A stretch of DNA of 63,719 bases, counting the filler, from Reticulomyxa filosa (Eukaryota; Protista; Foraminifera): NCBI GenBank assembly GCA_000512085.1. It is 26 parts of 26 records of this genome, joined end to end, with 100 filler letters (N's around TTAATTAATTAA, not from the genome) between each part and the next. Parts side by side here need not be neighbours in the genome. Positions count along the whole stretch, not along the records: positions 1 to 2,170 come from ASPP01002718.1; positions 2,271 to 4,757 come from ASPP01005961.1; positions 4,858 to 6,334 come from ASPP01013565.1; positions 6,435 to 8,272 come from ASPP01037116.1; positions 8,373 to 11,137 come from ASPP01000989.1; positions 11,238 to 12,807 come from ASPP01042204.1; 20 more parts are not named here. One strand, given 5' to 3'. Below, piece after piece: positions 1-11,311 of the stretch. The position numbers and the translations under genes were made by a program. The number at the start of each line of letters is the position of its first letter. Positions within the stretch are counted from its first letter, which is position 1. Under the pieces are notes generated by a model. That model saw nothing but the letters and a program-made list of their open reading frames with translations, did no database searches and was not told the origin of the DNA.

Positions 1-125
1 CAGTCGTTAGTTTCATAGCCTCCACAAACAAGGAGTTCATCCTTAAACAAAAGACATTGTGACTTCTTTAGTGACTTGGGTAAGTCAGGCAAAGTTTGAA
101 AGATGTTGTTGAGTCGAGTAGACAT
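1..125 (-). CDS. Kelch-like beta-propeller family protein, 5' fragment (runs off the window start)
   Basis: The minus strand from ATG at 125 reads MSTRLNNIFQTLPDLPKSLKKSQCLLFKDELLVCGGYETND. This has the same FQxLxxLP...QC...ELLxCGG motif as 1014 and 28258. It is not in the ORF track. Confidence 0.75.
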   Translation of the reverse strand, partial: MSTRLNNIFQTLPDLPKSLKKSQCLLFKDELLVCGGYETND

Positions 126-273
126 GTCAGATGTGCTTTTTTTTTTTGGAGTGTTTTGACAGTCCCTTTTTTTTAGGACGAACGTTTGGATACGAAAAAT
201 TGACAATCCACTTGGAAATGATGGAATGTTTTATTTTCAACAAATAATCATAATTTTGAAATTATTAAAATCT

Positions 274-289
274 TGTTTGATTGGATGAA
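274..289 (-). promoter_or_regulatory. Conserved upstream block with a CCAAT box (second copy at about 6601-6616)
   Basis: TTGTTTGATTGGATGA is identical about 150 nt upstream of both paralogous minus-strand Kelch-like ATGs (125 and 6462), while flanking DNA has diverged. Confidence 0.45.
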
Positions 290-1013
290 GAATGATTTGT
301 TGTTGAATTTCTTTGGATTATTTATTTCTTTCTTGCTAAACAAAATTAAAAGATTAATTATTTCGTTGTGCTGAAAGAAAAAGAAAAAGGAATTGACTAT
401 TGATGCAGAGGAGGATTTTATTTTAAAAATTTTTTCAAGAGAAGAGACAAAGCCAAACTCAAATGCTGAAGCTTAAATTACAATGATTTCTTAGTGAAAG
501 GATAAATGTATGAATAGAAAAACAAAATAGTAAATATTGTCTTTTTAAGTTTGGGTTATAATTTCAATACGTGTTACTTTGTTCATTTATAAGGCTGTTT
601 TTACTGCAAAAGTGATTAAAATGTGTTTTTATTAATTTTTAAGACAGCTCAGATTTGTTGATTTTCACAAGATGAAAAAATAAAAAAATTGACAGTTTAA
701 CATTGTACATGCCACATAATAATGCATTCGAAAATTAATTTCTCTGAAAAAGAGATTTACAAAAAAACTGGAGTGTGACATAGAATTTTTTTTATGTTTG
801 AAGAACCAAAGAAATTCTACTCCAATTCTTTATTTTATAACAAATGGATCTTTAAAAAAACATATTAGATTTTATTTATCCTTTTAAAAATGATTTGCCA
901 ATTGTACAACTTATTTTTAAAAACAAAATTAAGTCCCTTTTTTTTTTAAGGCCGTTCAAAGGGTCATTTCACCCCTTTTTTAAACTTCTTCATAGTTCAG
1001 AAACATTAACAAC

Positions 1014-1400
1014 ATGAGTAATCAAAACACAACTCTTTTTCAAACTTCTCCCTTTCAAAATTTGAAGGAATTGCCCACTCTATTTAAACAGTTCAATGTG
1101 CTGTACAAACACGAACTCCTCGTTGTGGAGCCTGTCGCCAAAGTCAGTTATTCTTATCATACTCTTAAAAATGAATACAAGTTTATCTGTGAATATCCAA
1201 GTTATATTTGTTTAGATGGGCACTGTGTAATGAAGCTTGTAGATAACAGCAATACAACAAAGGTAGCAATGAAATCACTTTGTTGTTTTTTAATGGAGAT
1301 ACATATTTAAAAAGATTACATTGGAATGAAATATGTAAGTGTTTGGAATAATGATAATAAAAAAACAATTACAATCAGTGGATCCCTTCATAGATAATCA
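1014..1400 (+). pseudogene. Decayed Kelch-like family gene
   Basis: FQNLKELPT...KHELL...YSYHTLKNEYKFICEYPS...GHCVMKLVD matches the copy at 28258, but QC and CGG are disrupted. Downstream family motifs (EITLL, MKYVSVW, YNQWIP) lie in shifted frames, and similarity ends near 1400. Confidence 0.7.
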
Positions 1401-2170
1401 CGATGATGAAGATATATTAAGCGTTTAATTTAAATACATTTTAATTTATTAAACACGATACTTTATCAACTTGTTATATTAGCTTATCATATCGCATCAC
1501 TGTGGAAAATGGAGTTAACAATACACGTGATTTTTCTTCAATGAAGAAAAGCAATTTTTAAAAAAAAAATTGTCCAAAACGAGTAAGGTAAACAAATTAC
1601 AAGCTGTTTTTCAAAAAAGGTTTTCAACAAAAACTTTGAAAACAGTTTTTCAATTTTTTGTAGTTTTAAGAGTGTTTGAAAACCAAAAAGGTAACTCGTA
1701 TCACTTTAAAAATATTCTTGGTGTCTTTGAGCAAAACAAACATGCTGATTTTAGGATATGTATGTTGAGGGAACAAGCAATTACCGAATTTGTTAAATAA
1801 GAAAATACAGTGCTTTTCTGTCAAAAAAAACTTTTCTCTTGCAAGTGTTTCGAACATTGTCAATACTTTGTTTTATTATCTTCAAAATATTTCTGGGGCG
1901 CGTTTAAAATTTGATCATGCTTTGCAAGGGCAAGGGGTAATGGAGTGTAGTGCATACGTATACATACACAAAATCCATTAAATAAATAAAAATTTCAATA
2001 TGGGCTGCTGAGTGAAGTAGAGGAACCTTGTCTCTACTAATTACGTGAAAATGACTCGAAATATTTTTTTCCGAGTCTTTTTGCTCTTTCAAAAATCGGT
2101 CAGTTTCTTTGTTGTACTTGCATATGCTTTGTTCACGCGCTCACGCCAGTACAACAACAAGCAATTTACG

Positions 2171-2270
2171 NNNNNNNNNNNNNNNNNNNNNNNNNNNNNN
2201 NNNNNNNNNNNNNNTTAATTAATTAANNNNNNNNNNNNNNNNNNNNNNNNNNNNNNNNNNNNNNNNNNNN
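2171..2270. other. Artificial contig spacer (N44-TTAATTAATTAA-N44), first of 25
   Basis: An identical 100-nt spacer with six-frame stops starts at 2171, 4758, 6335, 8273, 11138, 12808, 14795, 16515, 19006, 20848, 23307, 26357, 28538, 30201, 31656, 33093, 40005, 41726, 43854, 45102, 46863, 51387, 53643, 60873 and 62463. Confidence 0.98.
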
Positions 2271-2706
2271 TTTTAATGTTGTTGCATGTTTGCTTTTGTT
2301 TTTTTTTTTTTTACTCAAGGCAACCCATTACTCATATTTTCCCTGAAATCAATGAAAGATTCCAAGTGCTCGCTTCTAATTCCCAGAAATATTTGGAAAT
2401 TGCTGATATTGAAAAAAACAAATCCGATGAAAAATCGCAAAAATAAACTCATTGTCTTTAGTATTTAACTTGCTCAATAAAGGTCAAAATAATGTAAAAT
2501 GGCCAAAAAAGCTCTTGTTAACTGTTGACAAATTAATTTTGTTTTTAAACGTGTGCTAATTCAATTGGTCGATTATCCCATCGCTTCTGTAAATTACTTT
2601 TAATAGGAATATGGCAATGTGGGGAATATGAAATATTACTGTTCTTTTTTTTTTTTGCGATATCTAAAGCAAGGAACCACAACAAGTTTTTTTTGAAGTC
2701 TTAAAA

Positions 2707-3105
2707 ATGTGGCGTCTGCTAGTCGTCTCTTTGTTTTGGGGTTGCACCAACCCTTTGATGCGTGAAAGCACAAAGACTCATGTCAAACAACAAACTGCTG
2801 TCCCAAACACACAAGATCGAACGAATATGTTGGCGTTTTTTGTGGCACACTTGTCTCAAATGATTAAATTTTTATCAAATTGGAAATTTAGTATTCCGTT
2901 TTTATTGAATCAATGTGGCTCTGTCATATATCTTTGGTCTTTGGGTTCTTTGAATATATCCATCGCAGTACCTGTTTGTACTGCATTAACTGCGTTATTT
3001 ACTGCAATTACTGCTCTTGTCTTGGGAGAGCAATTATTAACAAAAACTGTTATAAAAGCAATGATATGTATCACTATTGGGACTATTCTATGTCAATGGA
3101 AATGA
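2707..3105 (+). CDS. TMEM234: TMEM234-family small multi-pass membrane protein (DMT/EamA-like)
   Basis: Intact 132-aa ORF with LVVSLFWGCTNPLMR and PFLLNQCGSVIYLWSLGSLNISIAVPVCTALTALFTAITALVLGE, both typical TMEM234 motifs. Confidence 0.85.
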   Translation: MWRLLVVSLFWGCTNPLMRESTKTHVKQQTAVPNTQDRTNMLAFFVAHLSQMIKFLSNWKFSIPFLLNQCGSVIYLWSLGSLNISIAVPVCTALTALFTAITALVLGEQLLTKTVIKAMICITIGTILCQWK

Positions 3106-4236
3106 ACAAACATTTAAATATAAGAAATTGATCTCAGCCACGAAATTATGACCAATTAATTAATATTCATGGTTCTTTGATTTACTTCAATTTTTGTTTT
3201 TTGACAAAAGAACAAAAGGGCTGTGTTGTTGCACATCGGATAAATAGATGTTTTGTTTTTACTCTCCCATTTTACGACGTTCTCTCAACAAGTTATTTGC
3301 ACCAAATATTTTTAGACAATAATAAACTTTTTGTCGTACCTAATTACTAAAAAGTGTTAAAATAAGAATATGTAATCGTAGAAAACGTACTTTGTATCTT
3401 TCAATATATAAATGAAAATGAAAATATAAAAAAATCTCACAATTACGATCAACCAAAGGACTTATCAATTTTTAATAAAACATTAAAATTGTCAAAATTT
3501 TTTTTTATTACTACTGCAAAAGATTTCATATGTCATTTTTCAAATTTTTTTCAAAATAAAAAGTGTAATTCACATAAGATGATCCTGTTATATATGTTTA
3601 CCTCGTTTTTGTAATGAAAATATATATATGATCAAATCCCCCTTGACTCCGGCAATAGTTTTTTTCTAAATTACTACAATAAACTTAATTTTATAATTTA
3701 AATATATATGGGGGTATCCCGAAAAATCACACATTCATCACACTTTTTTAAAATATTATTTGCAACATGAAAACCTCACATTATGAAAATATCGATTTTC
3801 TATTTGAAAAATAAACATTTTCAAAAGTTTTTTTAAAAGATAAAAATCTTTTAGCGTTTCAATATTTATCCATTTTTTTATACAGTTTGATAACGGATTT
3901 GGTGCTGAATTTTATGTTAAAAACATTGAAAATAATAAAGGTACAATTATTGTATGTAATAACAAGAAATGTGCTATATTTAAGCAGATGACGGACCAGA
4001 ACACAACTTTGCAAATATAGAACATAGAAGTTTATGCAACTAAGCGTTTACATAGCACATAAAATTATGTTAAGTCAGGATCACATCGTTGAATCAGCTT
4101 GCGATCTTTTGATGACAATGTTGTTACAAAAACTACTAGATAATCTGAATTGAAATCAGTGAATTAGAAAAAATTCTTTCAACACAATACTGTTGAGCGG
4201 TTTTTTTGCAAAAAAAAAAGACTATTATAATATTAG

Positions 4237-4749
4237 ATGAGAGCACAGCAAGTAAAGAAGAAGCCCCAGGGGAATAATCAGTGGTTTTATGTTGATCGTT
4301 ATGGAACATCACAAGGTCCCTGCACAGTGGGTGAACTGTCGACATTATATTTAGACCGTCAGGTGTATGTGATCTCTCGGATTTATTTTATATGTTTGTC
4401 CATTTCTTAAAAAAAAAAAAAAATATGCATGTATACACAAATGAAAAATGTATAATATATTCGGATATGAAAAAAGATATTCGATCAAACGTATGTCTGG
4501 AATGGTGCAGAAGTTTTGGAATGGACGCCATTATCACGAACACCGATCTATGCGTCCATACACACGAAAGTAAAAGAGCACAGTAAATCAGAGAATTCAA
4601 GCGGCCGTTCCGAGTCTCCTAATCCTGTTCTTGCTCAGCAACGCACTCATTCTTTGGATAATTTACACAAAGAGAAGCTCACTGTCACCAGGTTCAAAGT
4701 TTGTATTCTGATACGCCCCCTTCCCCAATCTTTATCAATCCAAGTTTGA
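4237..4749 (+). CDS. GYF_2 (DUF4339)-type domain protein, 5' part
   Basis: Exon 4237-4362 (MRAQQVKKKPQGNNQWFYVDRYGTSQGPCTVGELSTLYLDRQ), GT-AG intron 4363-4476, then IFDQTYVWNGAEVLEWTPL. Together these give the W-Y-D-G-QGP...EL...I...TYVW...EW-P pattern. Confidence 0.7.
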
Positions 4750-4857
4750 GAAGGGGGNNNNNNNNNNNNNNNNNNNNNNNNNNNNNNNNNNNNNNNNNNN
4801 NTTAATTAATTAANNNNNNNNNNNNNNNNNNNNNNNNNNNNNNNNNNNNNNNNNNNN

Positions 4858-5849
4858 TTAAAGTTTCCATTTCTCTCTGCCTTTCCACACCGGAAACAGG
4901 GTCTTCGTCTAACGAAGATAAGTCATTGTCGTCATCATTATCACTATTGCGTATATCTAGCCTGGTCTCTTTGCCCCTCCTGTCTTCCCCTCGTCCCTGC
5001 TGTGAGTGTGTTCGTTTGATCGAGTCTTGGGACGATAAGGCTTTCACCTGAGAAGAAAGAGGAGGAGATCTACAGTTCATTCGAGTTTTATTGGGTAGCA
5101 CGTTCTCTTTAGAAGCTATTGATTTAAAAATAAATATATACATATATGTATATATGTATTTATCATTTGTTGTTTGTTATTATTATTATTATTTTATTTT
5201 TGTTTTTTAAATGACAAGAGTAGTGTGTCACTAGACAATTGTATATTTACCTTGCAGTGAGGGATCAAGATCCTGATTGCATCGTGTTCCGTCCTTTTCG
5301 CAGCTTCGACGTTGCAGATGAAAAGACGACAGCGAAGCGCTTGACGAGGAGCGGGACCACCATTGATTAAAGACTTGAGTGTTTACTTCCGACAGCACGG
5401 TGTGGCTTGGCGCACGAACCCTGCCTTTGGCGGGATACGTATCGACATTGCTGGGCGACAAAGTGGAAGCACACGCTTGCCCTTTCTCTTCCCTTTGTTT
5501 GTCCTCATTCCTCCAATCACGATTACACAACGATGACGTTGTGTGTGTGTCCATACTTATATCCTCGGCCACGCGCGAGCTACTTGTCCTTACGTGTCTC
5601 TCCCCTCCCCTCTCCCTCTCTGCCAATCAATTTCATGGTTTCTTCCATTGCATTGTCATTGCAAGCCGTTTGCATCGGAACTGTAGTAGCGTCCATCTTG
5701 AGCTTGTCTCGTTTGTTCTTGTTTTCTTCTCTGTCGCTGTCGGAAGAATCCAACAGAGCATTGTCATCGATACCGTCGCTATCGCCATCATTGTCCATTT
5801 TGTTTGTTGATGCAATCTTTTCAGACGAGGAAAAGGAAGAAGAAAAAGC

Positions 5850-5883
<34 letters not shown>

Positions 5884-6250
5884 GGGGTGAGTCTGTTCAA
5901 ATCCAAATGATGCAACTGCGAAACCAAGGACGGAGAAGAGGACGTGCGAATGGAAGGACATTGGGGTGGTTGAATTGTGGTCGAGTAAAGTCGCTTCGTT
6001 CTCCAATTGTATGTGCCTTTGCAGAAGGGCTCCAGTTGATGCGACAAGGCGTGTTTGGACAGCATTTCCTTGACAACCGAGGTGTACTGGTCGGGACACT
6101 TTTCGCACATTATCCCTGCTTCGTGATTCAAGGGGTCGCTCCCGTTGGGCGTACGTAGCAAAAACGGCAACAGCGTCGTCATCATCTGACACAACGTATA
6201 GCACTCTTTCCAGTCCTGATTCAACGCATTAAAACACACGCTACCACTCC
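4858..6250 (-). CDS. Ubiquitin-conjugating enzyme E2 (UBE2H/Ubc8-like), C-terminal half of UBC fold plus long low-complexity tail; partial
   Basis: SGSVCFNALNQDWKECYTLCQMMTTLLPFLLRTPNGSDPLNHEAGIMCEKCPDQYTSVVKEMLSKHA follows the UBE2H/Ubc8 pattern SGxVCLDVINQTW...FLPQLLxYPNPxDPLNxxAA...YxxxVKEY..KYA, with the catalytic Cys present. AG acceptor at 6252-6251. There is a frame change near 5600 in a G/A-rich tract. Confidence 0.75.
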
Positions 6251-6289
6251 CTATGTGTTCCCACCATATCCACACACCTCTCAATTGTT

Positions 6290-6326
<37 letters not shown>

Positions 6327-6434
6327 CTTTTTTTNNNNNNNNNNNNNNNNNNNNNNNNNNNNNNNNNNNNNNNNNNNNTTAATTAATTAANNNNNNNNNN
6401 NNNNNNNNNNNNNNNNNNNNNNNNNNNNNNNNNN

Positions 6435-6462
6435 GAAAGTAGTTGTTGACTTGAGTAGACAT
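6435..6462 (-). CDS. Start of a Kelch-like family gene (MSTQVNNYF), cut by the contig end
   Basis: Paralogous to MSTRLNNIF at 125-1, and the upstream DNA is also homologous. Confidence 0.5.
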
Positions 6463-7569
6463 GTTAGATTAATTTTTTTGGAGTATGCTAGATAACCCTT
6501 TTTTTTTTTGGAACGAACTTGAAAGCGATTGAAACTAAAAAAAATAATTATTTTTATAAAATGATGAGTTTTGAAATTTTTGTAGTCACTTCTTTAGATT
6601 TTGTTTGATTGGATGAGCAATGATTTGAGAATTTGTTGTTATTGAATTCTGTTTTTTTTTTTTTTGCACAGTATAAAAAGAACTTAAAAACACTGTTTTT
6701 GAGTTGCTCAGTCAGTATGTAGTGCAAATAGTCGCAACAGTGTCAAAATTAGATATCAGTTTGTAATGAGGTAGTTATTTCTTTTTCATGGAACAAGAAA
6801 ATATATTTGATTAAAAAATCATTTTTACTAATTGTTAAGATGTACACAAATAAATCTGAATTTTCAGTATCGATTGCGAAAAAAAAGGGGCTATTTTGTT
6901 GAATGGTTTTTCTCTCCTGAACAATGGTTTGTTTTTTACAATCTTGGCGTGATAAGCGAACACACCACTGCACAACGCCATTCCTATAAAGAAAGATTTT
7001 TCGCTCTTTTGTTTTTTTAGGCATTGCGCTTTAGCTACCAATTTAAATTTTTTTGTTTGCACTTCCCAAATTAAATATGGCAATCTTCAAATTTGTATTG
7101 TGTCTCCATTATCAATTTTAATTTGTAAAGATTGGGATAATGTAATTGTCATGAAAAAATCCAACTTTGTGGTAGAAAATAGCAAATGAAAATCAAAGGA
7201 TTATCAATTCATTGAGAATTAACAAAAAATTTGCTTTTTCTTTATAAAGCACAGCATTTGCAATTAAAATGTCTATGAGAAAAAAATGCTGAAATGCACA
7301 GACTTGCACGAGTATCATAAAACAATCGAATTTATTAATCAGACAATATCTTGTCCTTGCCACGAATGTGCAAATCAAAAACTTGAGTATCAGATTGATT
7401 TATGATTGATGTACTTGACTTTTCATTTGTCAACAAAAGACAACAAGATTTTTTTTCGTTATTGAAAAAAAAAACTCTTAGAGTCCACAAGAGTTTTTTG
7501 TATCTGTTTAGTGTTTATGAAAAAATTTTTTAAAAATTCCTGTTTACGTGAATACACTAACAAATGAAA

Positions 7570-8272
7570 ATGGCAATTTCTTGTGAATTCCATTTGTGTC
7601 ATTTTTGTTGCAATTCCTTTAAATGTTATGAATCCATTTTTGATTGTCTTGTGTTAATTTTTGTAAATTCTCAGGAAATTACCAAAACCTTTGATGAGTG
7701 TATCATTATATGCAATTAATTCTTTTGTTGTGGTATTGACATCAATCTATACAATTCAAACTGACTCTGATTTTTTTTCTATTAATAAAAAAACTTTGAT
7801 TGATGAAATAGAATTTGATCGAATAAAAACATTATTTCTGAACTGTTCAAAACTCCAAATATCATTCCAATTCATTTCATTCAATTTCGCTCTTCTTTCT
7901 TCATTCCATTCTTTCAATTGTTTGTTCAATGATTCCACTCATATTTTTTCTGCTTTCCCATTTTGGTGGGATTACATATGATCTTTCAAATTTAATTCTT
8001 GTCGTCACTTTTTATTGTTCATCACAATATTTTCCAGAAAATACTTTATATTTCATTGAAAATGTTTGTTTCATTATATTTCCAAAAGATAATAAATGAA
8101 TTTTATTGGGATTTGTTTGTGAATAATTCAATTGAACAATACAATGTCCATTGAATTGAACATCATTGAAATAAGAACAGATGAATTTGTATTCTTTTTT
8201 CAGAGTGTGATACGAATAACAGTCATTAGTTTGTTTGCCATCACAAATAAGGAGTTCCTCGTTGAACAAATA
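7570..8272 (-). pseudogene. Decayed Kelch-like fragment joined to a second decayed coding remnant
   Basis: FNEELLICDGKQTNDCYSYHTLKKEYKFICSY...GHCIVQL...IHLLSFG...TFSMKYK is Kelch-like. It is followed by unrelated coding-like sequence with stops (EWNEERRAKLNEMNWND..., IDVNTTTKELI). Confidence 0.6.
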
Positions 8273-8372
8273 NNNNNNNNNNNNNNNNNNNNNNNNNNNN
8301 NNNNNNNNNNNNNNNNTTAATTAATTAANNNNNNNNNNNNNNNNNNNNNNNNNNNNNNNNNNNNNNNNNNNN

Positions 8373-9110
8373 TCCAATCACAGTTGCAATCTACCGTGAG
8401 CAGCGGGATAACAATCATTTGGATGAAAAGGCAAAAGATGACAAGGACAGTGACAAAGCCAAGTTGCTGGATGGATACGATTTGATCGACAACTCATTAC
8501 TCCAAGAACTACGTGAGTATATCAAAAGGTTCCCCCATCAGATTGATCACTGCGACCCTTTGAAAGGCACGTTGGTTATGTGGGCGATTCGAAGAGGCGA
8601 TATGACCGCCTTGGAGCTATTACATTCCTTAAATGCCAATCTGGAACAAGTTTTGTTTAATTTGACCATGAATCGAAAACAAACTAACTTCGAAAAGTTT
8701 TTTTAAATAAAAATTTAAAAAAAAAAAAGGCTGATCATCTAGGCTGGACAGCGCTATTTTATAGCGCAATATGGAATCGAGAAAAAATAGCGGAACAGCT
8801 GTTAAAGTGGGGTGCATCGACAGAAGCCACGGACAAAGGCTTTTGGACTCCTTTGCTGTACAGTTGCATTCAAGGCAATGCCAAAATGGTTCAGATTTTG
8901 GCCAAGCACGGTGCAAATTTGAATCGCATGGTTTATACCAATAAGACCTCTTTAACTTTGGTTGCAGAGCGAGGAATGATCAATTGCCTTCAAGTCATGA
9001 AAAGTCTTGGCATCGATTTGAAACCTGCTGTTGCCGTCGTTCAACAATCAAAACGAGATGAAATGACAGACTCCCTAAGGAAACGATGCTTGAGTTTACT
9101 TAGTGAATAA
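8373..9110 (+). CDS. Ankyrin-repeat protein, 5' partial
   Basis: GTLVMWAIRRGDMTALELLHSLNANLEQ, intron 8650-8729, then ADHLGWTALFYSAIWNREKIAEQLLKWGASTEATDKGFWTPLLYSCIQGNAKMVQILAKHGANLN...KTSLTLVAERG: about 4 ANK repeats. Confidence 0.85.
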
Positions 9111-9699
9111 AATTCTCTTCTACCTTTTTCTAGTTTTACAAAAAAATGACACGTTTTTGGACTGAAGGAAGCAAATTTACTTCTATTCACTCTTTTTCTT
9201 TTATCTTCTTTTTGGGTTGTTGGTTGCAAGACAACACTTTTTGTTATCTTTTTTGGTCCCTTTCTATACTCCATTTGTATATTTTATCCACTCTAGTTTT
9301 TTTGAAATTCATCACTTTTTCGCGGTAGTGTTCGCATTTTATCCAAAAAAGCTTACGTATTCGGAAAAAAATTTGAAATTCTTTTGTTATTTAATTGACA
9401 AAAAACATTAAAAGAAACCTGTGTTAAATCACAAAAATAAAAAATTATAGCTATCTTCTTTTTAGTGGCGTCTTTCTCTTTCTCAAAAATATCAAATATA
9501 AAAAAATTTAACTAGTGTAAAATTTTAAAAATGTTTGTATATCAATAGAATTATAGTTGTTCTTTTTTATTAGAATGCAAAAATGCTTAAAAAAAAGAAT
9601 AAATTGAAAAATTAAAATTAAAACAAACAAGTTTTTATCTAAATATCTTTTCATATAATAAAAGCTGTAATAAAAAATTTTATTAATACAATGTGTTCG

Positions 9700-10461
9700 A
9701 TGATTTATCACCAAACATGAATGAGACCTTTAAAGAACCATAACATAAATTAATGTTATATTCTTCATTTTCTTTTCTTTTAAATGATATAAATTTAAGA
9801 GAAAATATTCCATTGTCTTCTTTTTCATATCTTTAATAACATATAATTCATTCTTATTTGATCGAATATCCCAAAATTTAATTGTATTATCCCATAATCC
9901 GAATACATCACATTTGAATTACCACCAATATTGATATTCAACAGCTAATACAATATTTGTGTATCTATTAAACATTTGAATTTGTTTACAAGATCGAATA
10001 TACCACAAACGAACACTTTTATCACTTGATCCAGATAATATTAATATTGTACACCAAAATTTCCTAATTTATTTGATCTATATTTTATATTTCTAATCTA
10101 ATTTTTGTGTCCTTTAAATGTAATTAATTGTTTAGTTGTTTCAATATCCCATATACGAATAGTTCTATCAAATGATCCAGAACACAAATATCTACTACCA
10201 TTAAATGGTGAAAATTTAATACAATTAATAATATAAATAAAATAAATAAACACAACATATTTGATAATAAATTTGCCAAAATCATTTAGCCATCCAAATT
10301 GTATATGTAATATCTGAATCCAATATTGAATAATTAATTGAATCTTTTTTTTTCTAACTAAGTCACAAAACATACAATAATCAATATATTTTTTGAAAGA
10401 CTGAAATAAAGTTTACCAATGTTGTTAGAATTGAATTTTGTTTCCTTGTTGAAGGTTGTCA
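9700..10461 (-). pseudogene. Decayed, internally deleted WD40-family gene
   Basis: It has the IIQYWI...GWLNDF module, FSPFNGSRYLCSGSFDRTIRIWDIETTKQLITFKGH, ILSGSSDKSVRLW and WDIRSNKNE, broken by frameshifts and deletions relative to intact paralogues at 34915 and 37076. Confidence 0.8.
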
Positions 10462-11311
10462 TTTTTTTTGAACGTGTAAGATAATTAACTCTTGAGCTTT
10501 TTTCTCAAGGTTGACAAAAGGGACTATTAGTAATATGAAATAGTTTGTACATGTTTAATTGTTTAATATCAAATATACAAATAGTTTTTTCATGGACCCA
10601 GAACATTGTATATCTATTACTACCAATACTATTATGTTATTTGTTTGTAATGATGAAATAAGGAAAATATTTGTGGAAAAAGTAATGATAACATTCCAAC
10701 CGAAACTTTCCTTGCAGTTAGTATGGACTATCCAACAAACGATGTTCTTTGCAAAAAAAATAGACAAAGTCATCATTCACAACTTGACTGTGCAATAATA
10801 GAAAAGATATTATTATAACTAATTTATCACTTAAATCAATGATAAAAAAAGAATGAATTTATAAAATAATATAATTTATATTATTTTTGAGAAAAAAAGA
10901 ATGAAATATACTTATTCAAGTATTTTTAAAATTTTTTTTTCAATTTTTTCAATTGAATTTATATTTATTTATCAAAAAAAATTTTTAATTATTTTGTAAT
11001 TTAAATTACAATAAAAAAACTTAAAAGAAATCTTGTATTAAATTGTTTTCTTATTCCACAGAAATAAAGGCATTTGGGTCATAATGTTTCACTACTACTA
11101 TTTGTTGCGCAAAATGCTGGTCCAGTTACAGTGTAATNNNNNNNNNNNNNNNNNNNNNNNNNNNNNNNNNNNNNNNNNNNNTTAATTAATTAANNNNNNN
11201 NNNNNNNNNNNNNNNNNNNNNNNNNNNNNNNNNNNNNACAAAAATTGATTGAGTTTTTTCATAATCAGTACTTTGAAAAACGATGGAATGAAAAACAATG
11301 GGAAAGAAACA

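Noticed and set aside
1600-1655. Short inverted repeat CTGTTTTTCAAA...TTTGAAAACAG
   Set aside because: It is short, imperfect and AT-rich, with no TSD or second copy seen.
2215-2226. Recurrent TTAATTAATTAA palindrome, and ORFs ending in X-runs plus LIN
   Set aside because: It is always centred in an identical N spacer, so it is an artificial six-frame-stop linker, not a biological repeat or CRISPR array.
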